Positions 62,190-64,000 of a stretch of DNA of 64,000 nt are shown here, piece by piece; the first letter of the stretch is position 1, and each line of letters opens with the position of its first letter. Origin of the DNA: Bdellovibrionota bacterium (GTDB lineage Bacteria; Bdellovibrionota; FAC87; UBA2466). The position numbers were made by a program, and so were the translations under genes. The stretch spans positions 24,472-88,471 of the forward strand of contig JBGTAN010000026.1 of the NCBI GenBank assembly GCA_041749855.1. The letters run 5' to 3'. The notes under the pieces were generated by a model. That model saw nothing but the letters and a program-made list of their open reading frames with translations, was not told the DNA's origin and made no database searches.

Positions 62190-63340
62190 ACGTACATATC
62201 CGGAGAGCGCGGTGAAGACGCGTGATCGGCGTCGGCTTGCTGGTTTAAGAGCTTTCCTAAAAGTCCCAATAGCTCATTCTGAAACCGTGCTTTGCTGAAG
62301 AACTCTGCGCGCTCTCTGCAAGCCGTGGGAGAAAACTTCGGCAGCGACTCGAATCTTTCAATCGCCTTTGCCATGCCATCCACTGAAGCGTCGTGGAAGA
62401 AAACGCCCGTTACCCCGTCTACTACCGTCTCTGAGGCGCCCCCTTTACCGTAAGCGATGACGGGTGTTCCACTGGCCATGGCTTCCAACGGAACGATTCC
62501 GAAATCTTCGATTCCAGGGAAGAGCACCGCTTTTGCTCCGGCAAAAAGATCCGGCAGTTCTGCATCGGGCAAATTGCCCAAGAATCGGGTAGTGCTGCCG
62601 CCCAAGGACTTAAGGCGTGGGGCATCCTGCCCGTCGCCTACCACAATCAGCTGACGTCCCAGGCGTTCGCACGCCTGAACCGCCAGTTCAATACGCTTGT
62701 AAGGGGCAAAGGCAGATACAACGAGGTAGTAGTCGCCGCGTTCCCCTGCAACAGGAGCGAACCGCTGCAAGTCGACAAACGGGTAAATCACTTCGCTCTT
62801 GCGACGGTAGTACTTCTCAATGCGTTTCGAGATGAACTGGGAAATCGCTACAAAATGATCCACTCGGGCGCTGGAAGTAACATCCCACATTCTCAAGTAA
62901 TGCAAAAAAGGCGCGACCAGTGTGCGTTTCCAGCCACTGCCAAAATATTGCTCCGATTGATCCCATGCGTACCGCATGGTCGTGTAGCAGTAGCTCACAT
63001 GCAGCGCGCCTGGAGGCGGGATGACTCCCTTGGATACGCAATGGCTGGACGACAAGACGAGATCAAAATCCTTGAGTGACATCTGTTCGATAGCCAGAGG
63101 AAATAGGGGAAGCAGGTGCCGGTAAAATCGTTTCGCGAGCGGAAGGCGATTCAGAAAAGAAGTGTGAATCACGCGGTTTTCAATCTGCGGCGAATTCGTT
63201 CCCGGTTCGTGAAAGAGCGTGAAGATCTCTGCTTGCGGAAAAAGTTCACACAGCGCATTTAAAACACGCTCGCCCCCTCGGGCACTCACGAGCCAGTCAT
63301 GAACAATCGCGACTTTCAATCGACTTAGATCAGTAGGCAT
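62186..63340 (-). CDS. glycosyltransferase family 4 (GT-B)
   Basis: KVAIVHDWLVSARGGERV at the N-terminus and the EDFGIVPLEAMASGTPVI motif. Confidence 0.8.
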   Translation of the reverse strand: MPTDLSRLKVAIVHDWLVSARGGERVLNALCELFPQAEIFTLFHEPGTNSPQIENRVIHTSFLNRLPLAKRFYRHLLPLFPLAIEQMSLKDFDLVLSSSHCVSKGVIPPPGALHVSYCYTTMRYAWDQSEQYFGSGWKRTLVAPFLHYLRMWDVTSSARVDHFVAISQFISKRIEKYYRRKSEVIYPFVDLQRFAPVAGERGDYYLVVSAFAPYKRIELAVQACERLGRQLIVVGDGQDAPRLKSLGGSTTRFLGNLPDAELPDLFAGAKAVLFPGIEDFGIVPLEAMASGTPVIAYGKGGASETVVDGVTGVFFHDASVDGMAKAIERFESLPKFSPTACRERAEFFSKARFQNELLGLLGKLLNQQADADHASSPRSPDMYV

Positions 63341-64000
63341 GGCGATGCACGAATCCTTTTACCAATGTCAGGCACAGTATTTTGACGTCGAATAGGTGCG
63401 ACCAGTGCCCGATGTAGTAAAGGTCGTGTTTGATCCGTTCATTCAGCGAAGTGCTCCCTCGCCACCCGTTGATTTGGGCCCATCCCGTAATCCCCGATTT
63501 CATCTTGTGCCGGAGCATGTATTTGGGAATCTCTTTTCGAAACTGCTCGACGAACTCGGGTCTCTCGGGGCGCGGCCCTACGAGACTCATATCCCCTTTT
63601 AAGACATTCCAGAATTGCGGCGTTTCATCGAGGCTAGTCCGTCTCAGCCAACTTCCCAGCTGAGTGGTACGAGGATCGTTCTTCACCGCCCAAACGGGGC
63701 CCGTTTCCTTCTCCGCATCGATGTGCATCGTACGAAACTTATAGATAGTGAAACGCGTACCATCTGCACCGACGCGCTCCTGGGCAAAAAATACCGGGCC
63801 TTTGGAAGTGAGTTTCACGGCAATCGCAAGGGCAGCAAACATTGGAGACCCCAAAAGCAGGATGGTAGCCGAACCGACAAAATCCAAAACACGTTTCAGG
63901 GCTCGGTCCGAATTTCCAACGGGGGTTTGATTAAACGAAAGCAGCGGAATCCCCCATTCGTCTTTGGCGGTGTAGGTGAACGTGCTGTACCGACCGAACT
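63330..64000 (-). CDS. polyprenyl-phosphate glycosyl-1-phosphate transferase (bacterial sugar transferase), 5-prime end outside the window
   Basis: KRVLDFVGS...SPMFAALAIAVKLTSKGPVFFAQERVG, YKFRTM and GPRPE motifs. My manual translation shows the frame stays open upstream of the listed TTG (63887) to the window edge. Confidence 0.8.
   Translation of the reverse strand, partial: FGRYSTFTYTAKDEWGIPLLSFNQTPVGNSDRALKRVLDFVGSATILLLGSPMFAALAIAVKLTSKGPVFFAQERVGADGTRFTIYKFRTMHIDAEKETGPVWAVKNDPRTTQLGSWLRRTSLDETPQFWNVLKGDMSLVGPRPERPEFVEQFRKEIPKYMLRHKMKSGITGWAQINGWRGSTSLNERIKHDLYYIGHWSHLFDVKILCLTLVKGFVHRHAY

Noticed and set aside
1-64000. CRISPR arrays, rRNA genes, and IS or transposase genes.
   Set aside because: I noticed no regularly spaced direct repeats, no rRNA-like conserved segments, and no transposase- or integrase-like translations. 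The only mobile-element-like genes are the two HNH cassettes.

Overview
This is a 64-kb chromosomal segment with dense coding on both strands. I call about 65 CDS. I saw no rRNA, tRNA or CRISPR array by eye. All calls rest on motif recognition in the supplied ORF translations and on reading the DNA directly; no database search was possible.

The backbone is Gram-negative housekeeping: dus, bolA, dsbD, hrpB, lysA, prmA, thiBPQ, lpxC, galU, priA, lgt, HU and mtgA. Interleaved with it is a large secretome. This includes three tandem trypsin-like S1 proteases, an S46 dipeptidyl-peptidase, an M18 aminopeptidase, many small outer-membrane beta-barrel genes and several low-complexity secreted proteins. 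That mix suggests a Bdellovibrio-like or Oligoflexia-type predatory lineage, which is an inference only.

Most notable observations:
1. Two divergent DUF222-like/HNH endonuclease genes (35403-36284 and 51929-52795) are each bracketed by copies of a short GC-rich palindrome (CTCTC(C)GCGC(G)GAGAG). They share leader motifs and sit in otherwise tight housekeeping intergenic regions. A third, solo palindrome copy lies at 4282-4297.
2. That solo copy is next to an AT-rich islet carrying a MazF/PemK-like toxin and an RHH antitoxin.
3. A secreted Gly/Tyr/Ser-rich, Cys-containing low-complexity protein (57018-57764) sits in a neighbourhood with two OM barrel genes and a tandem pair of secreted WCGPC thioredoxin-like paralogs. 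This may be a fibre, matrix or adhesive system.
4. A coding (CCT)12 microsatellite specifies a poly-proline tract. Two further translationally coupled coiled-coil and Gly-rich secreted proteins have a similar build.
5. A near-perfect sigma-54 promoter precedes a KGG-repeat stress protein gene.
6. Mitochondrial-type families (Coq4-like with an intact HDxxH-x11-E motif, and an Rsm22-like methyltransferase) are present.

Start codons for several genes are uncertain and are flagged in the feature evidence.
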